A DNA stretch of 63,320 nt, filler included, from Nemertoderma westbladi (taxonomy: Eukaryota; Animalia; Xenacoelomorpha): NCBI GenBank assembly GCA_032718475.1. It is 3 parts of 3 records of this genome, joined end to end, with 100 filler letters (N's around TTAATTAATTAA, not from the genome) between each part and the next. Parts side by side here need not be neighbours in the genome. Positions count along the whole stretch, not along the records: positions 1 to 31,288 come from JAUCBJ010003323.1; 2 more parts are not named here. One strand, given 5' to 3'. Positions 1-13,162 of the stretch are shown in pieces (positions within the stretch are counted from its first letter, which is position 1; every line of letters starts with the position of its first letter). A program made the translations under genes and the position numbers. Under the pieces are notes generated by a model. It was given only the letters and a program-made list of their open reading frames with translations, was not told the origin of the DNA and searched no databases.

Positions 1-1947
1 AAATTGTCTGTTGCTCTCTTTATACGTGACTAAATTTAGTGAAGGTCGGCAGATTACTGTGCAGTATTGTGCAGCATTGTGTATGATTGTAACTGATAAC
101 AAAGCATCTCCTAAAGAATGCGCCATATACATGAATCTATAGCCATTTCGTTGTGTCTAGTTTAAGTCATAACTCTGTTTACATATTTAGAGCGCCACGT
201 CCTAAATGAACTGTTAATATTTCCCGAAAGTGAATAATATTTGTCAGAAATTATATATTAACGATCAGTCGAATAATACAGTAGGCCTACACCGCAATAA
301 GGTCAAAGCTTCCGAATCCAGTCTCCCGGGTATATCCAGCGGGTGAATGGTCGCGCATAGACTGGCTTCGGCTAATGTAGTGTATCAAATACTCGTCATA
401 GGCTAAAGTCGATTTATAATCTAGAAGACACCCAAATTTGGCAGGTTAAACTGCTAAAGGTCTGAAAGCGCGAACATAAACTATATCGTTTGTAAAAATA
501 AATAAATAAATAATAAAATAATAAATATTAAAATAATATTGTAAAATAAATAAATAAATGTCATGTCGTAATGTATAAATGTCATAATCGTATGTCAGTC
601 TGTACTTATTTAATATTTACTTAAGTAGGCCTACATTTCGGTCGTAATTACTTTCAGTTTGAAAAGTTTGCTTTTTATATTTTAATTCAACATCAACACG
701 ATTTAATTTAATTAACAAGTTACTTCAATTTCACAATTATTGCAACTAACTACTGCTTGGGGTAAAGTAAATAAGTCTAACAGGGTGAATGAAACTGAAT
801 AGTGAACCTATTCTTCAAAATGAATTCCTTTCTCTTGCAAGTCACTTAGGTCCTGGGGCATGGTTCTAGCCGGTTCTGATATTTTCACCGATTTAGTATT
901 TTCTAAGTATCGACGACAACAAAGATCATTGAAATGAGCGTATAGATACCCAGGTTTGGCTGTTTGGAGTTCTGACAAACCATTTAATTGAAACGTAATT
1001 GTTCCCCAATATTTAACTATAACTTTCTCCTCCTTGAAAATATACTGACAAGGAGCTACACTTCTTCGCGTTGCAAGAAGAACGGTCTGACGAACCTGAC
1101 GTGAACCTACGGTCTGACGGTACCTGTCTACTGCTGTGACTGGTGTCAGGCAGTAGCGTATCGCGTATCCATCCATACTACCGCTACCGGTACAACATCC
1201 AGCAGACAGCCATTGCTGTAGTGCCCGGGCTGCCGGACTACCCCTGCAAAGGCTATGTCATATTATTATGATAATAAATCTAAATTTAAATTTCCCACTA
1301 CAATATACACAACAAACGTCCTTGTGATTGGTTCATAGGCAAGCACCTACGCAAGAAATTCCTACGCCAAAAGACAATTCTGGCCTACGCGTAAACCTAC
1401 GCGTAGCTACGCGTAGGCCTACGTATACGCAGTAAAGTCAAACCCGGGTATCGGTCATATGCACACTTCTGGGACAATTTAAGGGAAAGGAGCAGGTTAC
1501 TGTGGCGGTGTATTTTAACCAAAACAATACACGAAATTAGATTTCTTTATCAATGGAAAGCAGAAGCTTACAGTGGTGCGCATTTTCTATAACCATGGAC
1601 TTCTACAATATTAATTGATAACAGGACTGGCTGACTGGAAACTGCTTATTCGGAAATACCAGTTGAAGCCTACTTTCTGATTTTTGCCACTTGGGCCACT
1701 GTTAGTACTCAGGCACAAAGGCCTATTAAAAAATGAAATACCATCGATTTTAGTGCTCCCAACTCAACTACCACAAGGAAAACTGCACCAAACCATACAG
1801 TAACTATACTACAGGTACCAGTAAGCATTGCATGAATAGGCTATCCCATAAATTAAGAAAAATATAGGATATTTTGTCCGCCGAAAAGGTAAGTCTAAGT
1901 AATAAATTTTATAAAAATAAAAGGCCTTAGTGCCTGAGTACTAATAG
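1..1947. repeat. Copy A of a ~1.95-kb duplicated block (copy B ~25636-27574)
   Basis: Line-by-line match to 25636-27574. About the first 200 bp are visibly diverged; the rest is near-identical with a few small indels. Confidence 0.9.
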
Positions 1948-1960
1948 TGGCCCAAGTGGC
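1686..1960. mobile_element. MITE-like element with ~31-bp inverted repeats
   Basis: GCCACTTGGGCCACTGTTAGTACTCAGGCAC (1686-1716) is the reverse complement of 1930-1960 with 1 mismatch. No clear TSD. Confidence 0.55.
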
Positions 1961-2585
1961 CCTAAATGCTAGGTAGTATCTGAGGGAATAAGACCCCATT
2001 TCCTAATTTATTTATACAGTAATATTTGTTAATTAAATTATGTCTTCAATGTTTATATTGACAATTATGTGTGTTGATTTTACTTATTCTTATTTGTATG
2101 TCTTATCCTGTGGCCATTTTAATCTAGGCCTACTGTAAACTGCCGTAGGCCTATCAATTTCATATTTTAATGGATATGCAATTTAACTTCTTCTTTCATT
2201 TAACTTTCAACGCAATCAAATATAACTGTAAGCTATTGGCTTTCGTTTATTTCTAGATTTAGGCCATGATTTAGATGATAATGATTTAGGTCATGATGAT
2301 AGAGGGCCATGATTTATTTTTGCTGTTAATTCGAGATGGGATTTGAATCCCATCGGATTACTCGAGAGGGGACAGATGATATACTATATAAAGAAACAGA
2401 TGTCCGTGGTTGGATGAATGAGAGCTGTTGCTTTCAAAACAAAACATCCAAAACATCTCAATGTTGAAGTACTGTTCAAGTCCCTTAGGCTATACGGTTG
2501 ATAAAGAGGGGCGGATGGGGGTCAGGGTTGACTGGTAGACTATAATCCCCGCGATTATGGCTGTTTAGGTTACTCAATAAACATA

Positions 2586-3180
2586 TACAGGGTGTCCCAC
2601 AAAATTTGACACGGTTAGGTTTCGTTTTCAAATAACTCCGCTGCACCTTAATAAAATTCGGGATTATTGGTATCATTAGAAAGCTAGAGTGCTAACTTAA
2701 TGAAAGAAACTTGTTGGAAACAATTATGTTGCTATGGGAACCACCTGCGGCAGTTTGTGAAGTAACAAGGGTTTTAGAAAGGTGCATTAATAATTAATTT
2801 TAAGAATAAATTTTTTTTAGCATTTTAAAGCATTTAAAATTACACTAACTTAAGATTGCCATGGGTCTTGAATGATTTCGTTGCAATAGAAAACTCCTGC
2901 TTTTAGTGTCTCCAAACATTTTAATTTTATAGTTTTTAAATTTCATGTTATAAATGATTCATTTGCAATTATTGTCTTTTATGAATGTTTTGGAAAATGT
3001 CCATATTGTTTTGAGATTTGGTATAATTAGAAAGACAATTTTAATTTGTAAACTAGTCATACTGTATTTGATTTGATTTAGCTAGACTATACACCAGATA
3101 TACATACCACATAAAAAATAAGTCCCAAAAAATTTGACCCGTTTTCGTTTTCAAATAACTCCGCTGCACCTTAATAAAAT
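2586..3180 (+). mobile_element. Tc1/mariner-like non-autonomous terminus fragments
   Basis: TA|CAGGGTGTCCC start is typical of mariner-like ends. The block TTTCGTTTTCAAATAACTCCGCTGCACCTTAATAAAATT recurs at ~2620 and ~3143. Confidence 0.4.
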
Positions 3181-3601
3181 TGAGTCGAGTTAGCACCCAA
3201 AGAATTACAAAACGATCAGAAGTAAATGGAAATTTAAGCCATATAAAATTCAAATAATCCATGGTCTAAAACCTTCTGATTACCCCACAAGATTTCACTT
3301 CGGTTAATTGAATGATTTGGTTTATGTTGCATTACAATCAGCATCCCTGAAAACATTTATAACCTGAAAATCAATGTATTTGAACGTCACTTTTAAACGT
3401 GATCGGTCTTATCAAGGGGAGATGGGGTGTGCTAATTCGATTGTGTCGGAGAAATAAACCTCATAATGACTGTAGTCAACTAAAAATGAACAATCACCTA
3501 TTTATTTTATATTTAATTCACTCTAAAAGAAACATCTTTCCAATAATGATCAAATACAAATATAGTTCAGTACAAATACAACAATTTTGTTACCCGTAAC
3601 T

Positions 3602-6196
3602 TTAAGATTTATGAACAGAATTGTAATGGTTGTTTAGGTAGCCTTGCTGACTGAATTCTTTATGACAATAACCACACTTATGTTTGAAATCATTATGTAT
3701 AGAGTCGACATGTTGTTTTAGTTTGGATTTTGAAGCAAATGATTTTCCACAATTGAAACAGTTGTACTTGATATCTTTATGAAAGTAGTTCACATGGGTG
3801 TTTAGATTCCCTTGCTGACTGAATTCTTTATTACAATAACCGCACTTATGTTTGATATCTTTATGTATTGAGTCGACATGTTGTTTTAGTTCGGCATTTG
3901 TAGCAAATGATTTCCCACAATCGAAACAGTTGTACTTGATATCTTTATGAAAGTAGTTCACGTGGGTGTTTAGATTCCTTTGCCGGCTGAATTCTTTATT
4001 ACAATAATCGCACTTATATTTAATATCTTTATGTATAGAGTCGACATGTTGTTTTAGTTCGGCTTTTCTAGCAAATGATTTTCCACAATGAAAACAGTTG
4101 TACTTGATATCTTTATGAAAGTAGTTCACATGGGTGTTTAGATTCCTTTGATAGCTGAATTCTTTATTACAATAACCGCACTTATGTTTGATATCTTTAT
4201 GTATAGAGTCGACATGTCGGTTTAGTTCGGCCTTTGTAGCAAATGATTTTCCACAATCAAAGCAGCTATACTTGATGATACCTTTGTGTGCAAAGTTAAT
4301 GTGGGTGTTTAGATTCCTTTGCTGTCTGAATTCTTTATGACAATAACCGCACTTATGTTTGATATCTTTATGGGTAGCGTCAACATGCTTCTTTACATAA
4401 TTTTTGCGTGTAAACAGTTTCTCACAATAATCGCATTTATACTTATTCTTGACGTCTTTATGAACGGATTCTATATGTCTATCTAAAATTCCTTTGTCAT
4501 TAAATAATTCATTGCAATGCAAACAGGAACTGGTATCTGAAGAAGATACCAACTCCCCAACAGTTTCATTATAACTACCGGAATCTGTTGTTGCACAACT
4601 GAGTGTCGCTTCTGTACCTTCAGTTTCAATAGGCCTACCATAAGAACACTCTGGGCTGTCGTTTTCCCGTTTTTCAACAATAAACGAATCTCCAGATGGT
4701 TCATAAGAAATATCTTCGTCATCTAGTACAGGGACAACATCTACAGGCGCGGATCCAAGGGGGGGGGGGGGGGGGGGGGCAAAATCGTGTCGTGATAATA
4801 GTCATCACCCGGTTTACGTTTTCTCATTAATATAAAATAAATGTTATGAAAGTATTGCTATATAGCTACTTAGCTGACCACGTGATTCAATTACAGTGTA
4901 TCCAACCACGTTAATAACTCAGCCAAATCTCGATAAAATATATCCAAACTTGGTACACATGTAGTCTGGCCAAAGTATATAAATTTTCCAAGTTGAATTT
5001 GCGTGGGGTCTTCGTGCAGCATCTGTGTAACTGTCTTACAGTTATAATAAATTAGTCTACCCAAAAATTATTAGTCTTGGCATCAGCTGGTTGCTAGGAG
5101 ACTACAGGATTACAGTACGGTACCGGTACTGTTAACTGTTACAGTGGTACAGAGTTACCGGTACCGTCTTCAGGTGGAATAATCCACCAGAATAAAAACG
5201 AATTTAAAGACAAACCTCATTATAAACCAATATATCAGCACTTTGTTCACTTCTTTCTTCGTTGGCTACTCAATTATTTTACTACTTCTTAATATTTATT
5301 AATAATTTATCTTTTGCAATCTTTTATCGTCTTTCATCTTATAGTTTCACTTTAACAACTATCATATCGGTACTAATATGAAGCGAACAATGAAGGATTT
5401 TTTTGGAGTTTTAGAAAAATCGGCGCGATTGGAGGTGGAAGAGATGATGGTGGCCATTGTACCGGATCCGGAAGTGGCGAGTACAAGTAGTAGACAGGCG
5501 GATAACCAGACGGCAAGCAGAGATAGCTACGATATATGTGCGGAGCTGGCGCCTAACAAAAGGAATATAGGATATGGACTACTAAATAAACATTTATCTG
5601 ATGGGGAACAGTTGGAGTTGGAGCGAACATTTTCAAAACTTAAGCTTTTGAAATCTTACTTACGTGCCACAATGACAACCCCGACTAACTGATCTGGCTT
5701 TACTTTCAATCCACAAGGATATCAAACTCACACCAGATGAGATAATTAATGAATATGCTGGTCGCCAGGCCCGTCGATTACTGCTCATTTAACTATTGCC
5801 GGTATAAAATTCATTATTGTATTATACAATAGGCTAATTGTATAATTATTACTTTTATTTTAAAAGATTAATATTAAAATATTTTAATGCTAATATATTT
5901 AGTTTATAACGAAAATTTAAATGGTTTAAAAAATTGATCTGGGGGTATCATAGTTTTAGCAGCTTAGCCCCCTCCGAAAAAAATTCCTGGATCCGCGCCT
6001 GAACATCTACTCTACCGAACAAATTGTTGTGATCTTCGATGGGAGATGATCCGTAAACGCACTTCTCTTGTTTGACATCAAGATAATAAGGGGTGGAGTC
6101 TGTTGGTTCTCTCTTTATAATTATACAGTCTGTTTGTTCTTTCTTTATAACTATACCGGCGCCAGATGATTTCTCTTTCAATAAATGTTGATCCAT
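3602..6196 (-). pseudogene. Intronless C2H2 zinc-finger gene (11 fingers) interrupted by a hAT insertion
   Basis: ORF 3602-4552 has 11 CxxC...HxxxxH fingers with KDIK linkers. Removing 4744-6001 plus one TSD joins 6196-6002 (MDQHLL...RVDV) in frame to 4735-3602 (VPVLDDEDISYE...), giving ~442 aa. Confidence 0.85.
4744..6001 (+). mobile_element. Internally deleted hAT DNA transposon
   Basis: TIRs CAGGCGCGGATCCA / TGGATCCGCGCCTG. 8-bp TSD AACATCTA (4736-4743, 6002-6009). ORF 5378-5692 ends in ERTFSKLKLLKSYLRATM, the hAT C-terminal dimerisation motif. Confidence 0.92.
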
Positions 6197-6318
6197 TATC
6201 AAATCTTCAATAAATATTAATAAATAAATTAAATACAAGTGGCAGTAATTTAAGGTATGTTAAGCTATATATCTCTATTATAAATTCAAACTCGTATATT
6301 TACTCGTATATATATATA

Positions 6319-8177
6319 CTAGAAAGCCCGTGGCCCTTCGGGCCACGGCTTTCTAGTTCACAAGCCTATTATTCACCTTTCCAAACATTAATTAATTAAC
6401 TTAACTTAACAAAACGTCACATGATTGAGTGTTCTCTCAAACAAAAGGACTGAAGCTGTTTTACTTTTCAAATATCTACATACTACGTACAACATAAGGC
6501 TTAGGTTGTATAAAGTAGATAAATACCTGCCAAGTATCATTTCCAAAGGATTACAAATAGTAAAAATATGCAAGAAGGTTAAACTGTAGAACTGCAGGTG
6601 GTTATCATCCTCATAAACACAACCTATAGTTTATTTAGTTTAGTAGGTAGTGCACAGTACTTTTAGATCGCTGCCAAGAATAAACTCTAAAGAATTTAAA
6701 TGGGAGAAGGATTTCACTTTCAGACAATTCGTCCCCTAGTGGCGGACTGGAGAACTGCAGACTGGTCAACGTCCTTCCCAAAGACGCAGCTTATGATGTA
6801 GTACAGTAGACCTCTGCCAAGTATCAGCCTAAAAGCATTTTTAATAAATAAATGTGAGAATGTTTTCACTTTTCAGACATTTCGCACCCTCTAGCAGTAT
6901 ACTGGAGAACTGCAGACTGGTTAGCATCCGCCCCAAACACACAGCCTATGGTGTAGTATACCTTTCCCAAGTATAAAAAAAAGCATTAGAAACAACGAAA
7001 TGGGAGAATGTTTTCATTTCAGACATTTCACCCTCTAGCGGCAGACTGAGGAATTGCAGATTGGTCAGAGTTGTCCACAAAAACGCAGTCTATGGTGTAG
7101 TAGACCTCTGCAAAGTATCAGCATAAAAGCATTATTAATAACGAAATGGGTGAAGGTTTTCACTTTCAGACATTGCGCCCCCTAGTGGCAGACAGAAGAA
7201 TTGCAGAGTTCTCTGAGTTTGCAGAGTTGGTCTGAGTTCTCCACAAACACGCAGCCTATGGTGTTGTAGACCTCTGCCAAGTATCAGCCTAAAAGTATTA
7301 TAAACAACGAAATGGTATAAGGTTTTCACTTTCAGATATTTCACCCCCTAGCGGCCGAATACTGCAGGTAGTCGGGCGTCCTCCACAGACACACACCATA
7401 TGGTGTAATACACATCTGCCAAGTGTCAGCCTAAAAGCATTATTAATAACGAAATGGGATAAGGTTTTCACTTTCAGACATTTGGCCCCCTAGCGGTAGA
7501 CTGGAGAAATGCAGACTGATTCTAGCTCCTCCCCAAACACGCTGTATGGTGTAGTAGACCTCTGCCAAGTATCAGCAAAAAAGCATTATAAACAAAGAAA
7601 TGGGATAAGGTTTTCACTTTCAGATATTTCTCCCCCTAGCGGCAGACTGGGGAATTGCAGATTGGTCAGCATCCTCCCCAAACACACAGCCTATGGTGTA
7701 GAATACCTCTGCCATGTATCAGCTAAAAGGCTTTAATAATAACGAAATGGGAGATGTTTTCAGTTTCGGATATTTCGCCCCCTAGCGGCAGACTGGAGAA
7801 CTGCAGATTGATCAGTGTCCTCCCAAACACACAGTCTATGGTCGGGAACAGATCTGCAAAGTATCATTTAGAACAGATTAAGTCTGGTATCAAAAAGTAG
7901 CATAATAGTCGAGACCCAACATGTAGAGTGACAGAATGAACTGCTAGGCCTACCGCGCTACCGGTACCAAATTCACGAAATCTGCATTCACGCAAACAAA
8001 CGCGCAAAATAAGACTCGACACTCGAGATAGCGACAGTGCACGTGCTCGTGACGAGAGCTTCCGTTCGATGTGCCGCGAGCTCCGATTGGTGTTTGTGTG
8101 TAGAAACGTATAGACGGACAGACAGACAGACAGACAGACAAACAAGCAAGCAAACACATGATATTTATATATATAGA
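6319..8177 (-). mobile_element. Non-autonomous Helitron
   Basis: Minus strand starts A|TCTATATATAT followed by a (TGTC)n microsatellite. It ends in a GC-rich hairpin (CGTGGCCC-GAA-GGGCCACG) and CTAG|T, i.e. TC...CTAG inserted at A|T. Confidence 0.8.
6590..7865 (-). repeat. ~147-bp tandem array (~8 units), each with a CTCF-like site
   Basis: CCCCCTAGCGGCAGACTGGAGAACTGCAG variants recur at ~6733, 6886, 7031, 7175, 7343, 7484, 7631 and 7776. Confidence 0.8.
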
Positions 8178-11100
8178 TCAGGTAGATAGAAAGAAAGAAA
8201 TATAGAAATACACCGCACCATTAACTTTTATAATAAAATTTATGTAAAAATAGTGAGAGGGTTATCCACACTAAAATAGTAGCAACACCCAGTTTCAAAC
8301 ATTATAACATATAGGCCTAATGTTTATACCGGTATGTGATAGGGAAGAGGACACATTGAAACAGAGTCAGGGTCCCAGTCCCCTAAATTAATGGTAATTG
8401 AAAATAAATAAAGTTATTTTAAATATGAATCTTAACATTTTTACGTCTGAAGCCCATCTACTTACTCCAGGTATTGTTTGGTATATTTGCATTTTTCTAA
8501 AAATAATAATAAGAAGACTGGTACAAGGCTGACATAACTTCTGAACTAATCAGGTACCAGTACGATTCGAGAGTACAGGTTTTTGGTGATTTATTATATA
8601 TTAGTAATTGACAATTCATTTAAAGCACAGTGTGCTCGGATGTACTGGGAACTACTTACGGTCGCGGTCACCAGAGCAAACTCTGAATCACTTAATGAAT
8701 TAACTACGTACAGTAATACATAAATAATAACTCAAGTTATCCTGTAGCTGATTATGAAACTGTAACCTGTTTTGGTTATAGTTACAAGCCACTGTAAGAG
8801 TAACCTGCTCAAGTACTTGTATTTTGAAGGTGTCAACCCCCTCCAAATCGATCATTGCGGTTCCAATGAGCCTAAAGACAATGCAATAGGTGTACCAGAA
8901 GTTGGTCACCAGGATGATAGAAGGCACGCATGCCACATAGCCGCATCAGTTAAAACCTTCCACTCATGTATGGGGTATGGCGCCTCTTAGGCTAAACTCT
9001 TTCAAATTTTCTGAAGATTTCTTTGCCATGTTTTTGCGCTATTTGAAACATTATTTTGAGGTACGGTACCTCATGTAATTCTATATTGAAATCTCTCTAT
9101 ATAGCATTCCATGGGTACCTGCATACATTTTATAAATAAAAATAGGTTTTTACCTAAAATAAGAACCGCCCTACTGCTCCTTTCAGTTATTGGATAGGCT
9201 AATTAGCAGATAAACATCGCCTGTGGTCCCAAAACCAACACTAAAAGTTGCTATTGCAGTGGGGTAAAAAATAAACTTACTGTCAATCAAGTTACACAAC
9301 AAAAAGAGAGATTGTGGACGTTCTAAGTTAGGAAAACAACAATGAATAAAAATTATCAGCAGGATATTTAACTTAGTTATTGCTCAGAATCAACAAGCCT
9401 AAATCTGTAAATGTACTCATACAAAATCATACAGACATATGGAAAACACTGCATACCAGAAATTGATCAGCAGGAAAACAAGGATAGTGCTGAGCATTGA
9501 GCTGTATGCTGATTAAATTACTATTCCTCAGTTGGCAACCGAGAAAAGCCACAACGCCAGCTTTCTTTCGATTTCTTTCTTTAAAATGACAGGCAGTCCG
9601 AGTCCCAGTCTGCCAGTAGTAACCAAAATAATAAACGAGCATGATTTGGTGAATTGTGTGTTTAAACTGGTAACTTTCTGGATGTGTAGGGGTATTTGGT
9701 AAATTATAACATAAACATTCCCGTATGTCTCCCATTCCGACGATTTTCTTAATCCCCAATCTATGAAAGTTCGCTAACCGAACCCGGAACCACGAACCGA
9801 TCTCAACTAACCCGCGGACAGCGGACTAACTCATTAAGAGTTCGAGGTGGTAATGTAATCTGTTTCTATTCGATTCCGTATATTACAGGATTATTCGATG
9901 AATTTAAGTGCTGATGTCAGTACGTGGCGTCGGGGGTGATAGGCTGATAGGCCTATTTGCTTATCGCCTATCTGCCTAGGCCTATATGTTTGTATATCGG
10001 AATTCGATATATTCGGTCTTCTGAGGGACTGCTGGTAGCAACGCTCTACCGGCACCGGCCTACCTTAATATGCGAAACATCCTCGGTATACCAACCCAAC
10101 TATTGGCGAAATGGCGACAGTTTACTTACGGCTGTACGGTAAGTTTAGACGTTTACGTAACGCAACCGTACATAAAATCAGATACGCTAGTTGCCAGTCA
10201 GCCAGCACTTTACGTCGAGTTGGCCTATGGACACGATCATCCGAATACTCTGTACATGTGTTTTAAATTAATCGCTAATACTGTAATACAGTACGGTAAT
10301 AGTGTTGTGATGCTATAATGGAAATGATCTACTGTACATCAAGTTAGTAAGTGCTTGTACTAATTCGGTATTCAGAGAAGTTGGTGCTACTTATTACTAA
10401 CGTAATTAGTACTAGTTGTTGCTAAACTCGTATTCATAGAATTTAGTCTTACTTAAGTTAGTATTAGCTGTAACTTAAATTTATAGTCACATGAAGATGT
10501 GACTAAGTTGGTAAGAACGCTTACTTATTCTATGTTGGCCTTCATACATACAGTATGGTTATTATGTTACTGACGACTCCGGCCACATTATACTCTCTCT
10601 TGTTTTTCTAGCATTCTGTGTTCATTGCAATATGTGTTGTTGCAGAGAAACTGTCAAATGTAACGACATAAAGCTTTTTGTTTTTTAAACATATATCCGA
10701 CTTAAATTTCCAAATATCAGATTACATTCTTGAATGGTGAGATTGCTGCCGAACGGTCCGCGTCGGTTGAAAAATGTGTTTAGCGAAAGAATTCTATCAT
10801 TCGCGAACTTTCGCAAGATGAAAAAGCGGTAGCGTCCATCTTCATTCTTTTCCTCTCTATTAATGAATGTAAATTATGGTATTCGATAATGGTAGCTAAT
10901 TGATTTATCGCCTTACTAACTGACTAAAAATAATAATTTTTCACTAAAATTTTTACAGGAAATCGCTAAAATATTCAGTTTCCACTAAAATCTAATAATT
11001 AACATTAAATCTATTAATTATAAATTATTGCTAAAATGTGGGAAAGAGCAGCTTACAGTGCCACGTTATTCTAACCTAAATAATGAAGGGATTTTATTAC

Positions 11101-11287
11101 AACAGGCCGTAACAGATTTATTTTTGATGATTCAAAAATCTATTTTAGTGATATTATAAATATGGGAATGTATATGTGGAAATATATATTTGATAACGAA
11201 CAAAATTTACTGGAAACCAGGAATTGTTTTAGTGACCAATAAAATTAATGGGTTTAATGTAGGCTACCAATACTAGTAAAACAATAG

Positions 11288-11468
11288 CACTGTGAAAATA
11301 AGAACTTTATTACCCACTAGCACTGTGGAAATAATAACTTTATTACACACTAGCAATGTGGAAATAATAACTTTATTACCCACTAGCAATGTGGAAATAA
11401 TAACTTTATTACCCACTAGCACTGTGGAAATAATAACTTTATTACACACTAGAACTGCGGAAATAACA
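11288..11468. repeat. 33-bp minisatellite (~5 copies)
   Basis: CACTGTGGAAATAATAACTTTATTACCCACTAG repeated. Confidence 0.9.
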
Positions 11469-12019
11469 GACATTAGACAAGTAAAGTACTACTACAGTTA
11501 ATTCGATTAACAAAAGCGTTTAAATATCGGATACGTTTGACATCAATTTTATAAAATTCGACATATATTTAAGCAGATTTCTAAACTCTATCTCAACCAA
11601 TTTAATAATAAAAGGAAAGGGATAAAATATAATCACAATTCCAATAGGTAAACAAGTTCACCATTTAATCGAAAATCGTAATATCCTCTAATGTATATGT
11701 ACCGATATATATTATACATATAATATACATCTCAAAACAGCTATTATTATTAAGCTGTAGTAATTAATATTATGACTTATAGGCAATATTATTTGTGATC
11801 CAGTATTTTTAATTTTAATTTGTGAATAAGGTGATCCAGATAAAAAGCCCATTTTACAATTCCATTGCATATACAGTATCCGTATAAAACACATTCACGG
11901 ACCCTTGCTCGCAGTACCCCCCCCCCCCCCCCGCCCCTAATAATAACATTATTGTACTAACTAGTAATCAAACATTCAATACCTTAGGTCAGGGATGACA
12001 TACGAAACGAAACGAAGGA

Positions 12020-12558
12020 GGGTCTGTGTTTTGTACCTGGGGGGGGGGTGTCTGTGTTTTGTACCTGGGGGGGTCTGTGTTTAGTACTTGGGGGGGTCTG
12101 TGTTTTGTACCTGGGGGGTCTGTGTTTTGTACCTGGGGGGTCTGTGTTTTGTACCTGGGGGGGTCTGTGTTTTGTACCTGGGGGGTCTGTGTTTTGTACC
12201 TGGGGGGGGGGGGTCTGTGTTTTGTACCTGGGGGGGTCTGTGTTTTGTACCTGGGGGGGTCTGTGTTTTGTACCTGGGGGGGTCTGTGTTTTGTACCTGG
12301 GGGGGTCTGTGTTTTGTACCTGGGGGGGGTCTGTGTTTTGTACCTGGGGGGGTCTGTGTTTTGTACCTGGGGGGGTCTGTGTTTTGTACCTGGGGGGGTC
12401 TGTGTTTTGTACCTGGGGGGGTCTGTGTTTTGTACCTGGGGGGGTCTGTGTTTTGTACCTGGGGGGGTCTGTGTTTTGTACCTGGGGGGGGGGGGGGTCT
12501 GTGTTTTGTACCTGGGGGGGTCTGTGTTTTGTACCTGGGGGTCTGGGGTCTTGGGTCT
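12020..12558. repeat. ~24-bp G-run minisatellite, target of the LTR element
   Basis: TCTGTGTTTTGTACCT + G6-16 repeated ~21 times. The motif resumes at 21037 (GGTCTGTGTTTTGTAT) after the LTR element. Confidence 0.92.
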
Positions 12559-13162
12559 TATACACAATTCCGGGTGTAATCCGGGCTCCTTTACTAAGTG
12601 TTGCGGGAAGTGTCAACTTATGCAGGGGATTAGTTCGTTAGTGGATACATTGTCTTTATACGCAGTTTCATTTCAGTTAGTACCAATAAAACAAGAGTTA
12701 ATAATGCTTAGAACAATAAAACTGTATATTTTAATGTTACAGTAGTTGCAATATTGATAGATTAACCGTGATAAATAAACTGGTAAGAAATAGTAGCCAC
12801 TTTGAGGAGTGGTACTTGCCTGGGAACTAAATAATATACCGTTAGTCCTAAAATCATCTACAACAATTATGTTATATAAACTCAGCCTTAAATACTGGTA
12901 AGCCAATAATGAATCCAATTTAAGCATTTAACCAATCACAGGGCGAGGAATCGCACTGTGCAAATAGAACCAACAACAGTAAGCTGACATTGTAGTTAAC
13001 TGTTCATTATGAAGCCTAACACAGATAAAACTGTAGCCATGGTTACCGTTTACCGTTCAGTGTATAAGTAAAGGGCCATTAAGGTGGTTCTTAAATTCAA
13101 TGCGCCGCAAATTTCCTTATTATGAATAGAGATTGATAATTCAACAACCGGATTCGTGTACA
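12559..13162 (-). repeat. 3' LTR (604 bp)
   Basis: No differences seen versus 20433-21036. Termini on the minus strand are TGTACAC...GTGTATA. Confidence 0.93.

Noticed and set aside
808-1450. Harbinger-like end with a Myb/SANT ORF
   Set aside because: Only a suggestive CCTACGCG-repeat terminus; the ORF differs by frameshifts between the two copies and has no clear motif.
9427-9759. THAP-domain fragment
   Set aside because: Only a weak FSRLP-like piece across frameshifts; insufficient.
11984-12745. Five overlapping 160-240 aa ORFs
   Set aside because: Translations of the stop-free G-run minisatellite.
12673-12927. Identical 84-aa ORFs here and at 20547-20801
   Set aside because: A consequence of LTR identity; no protein features.
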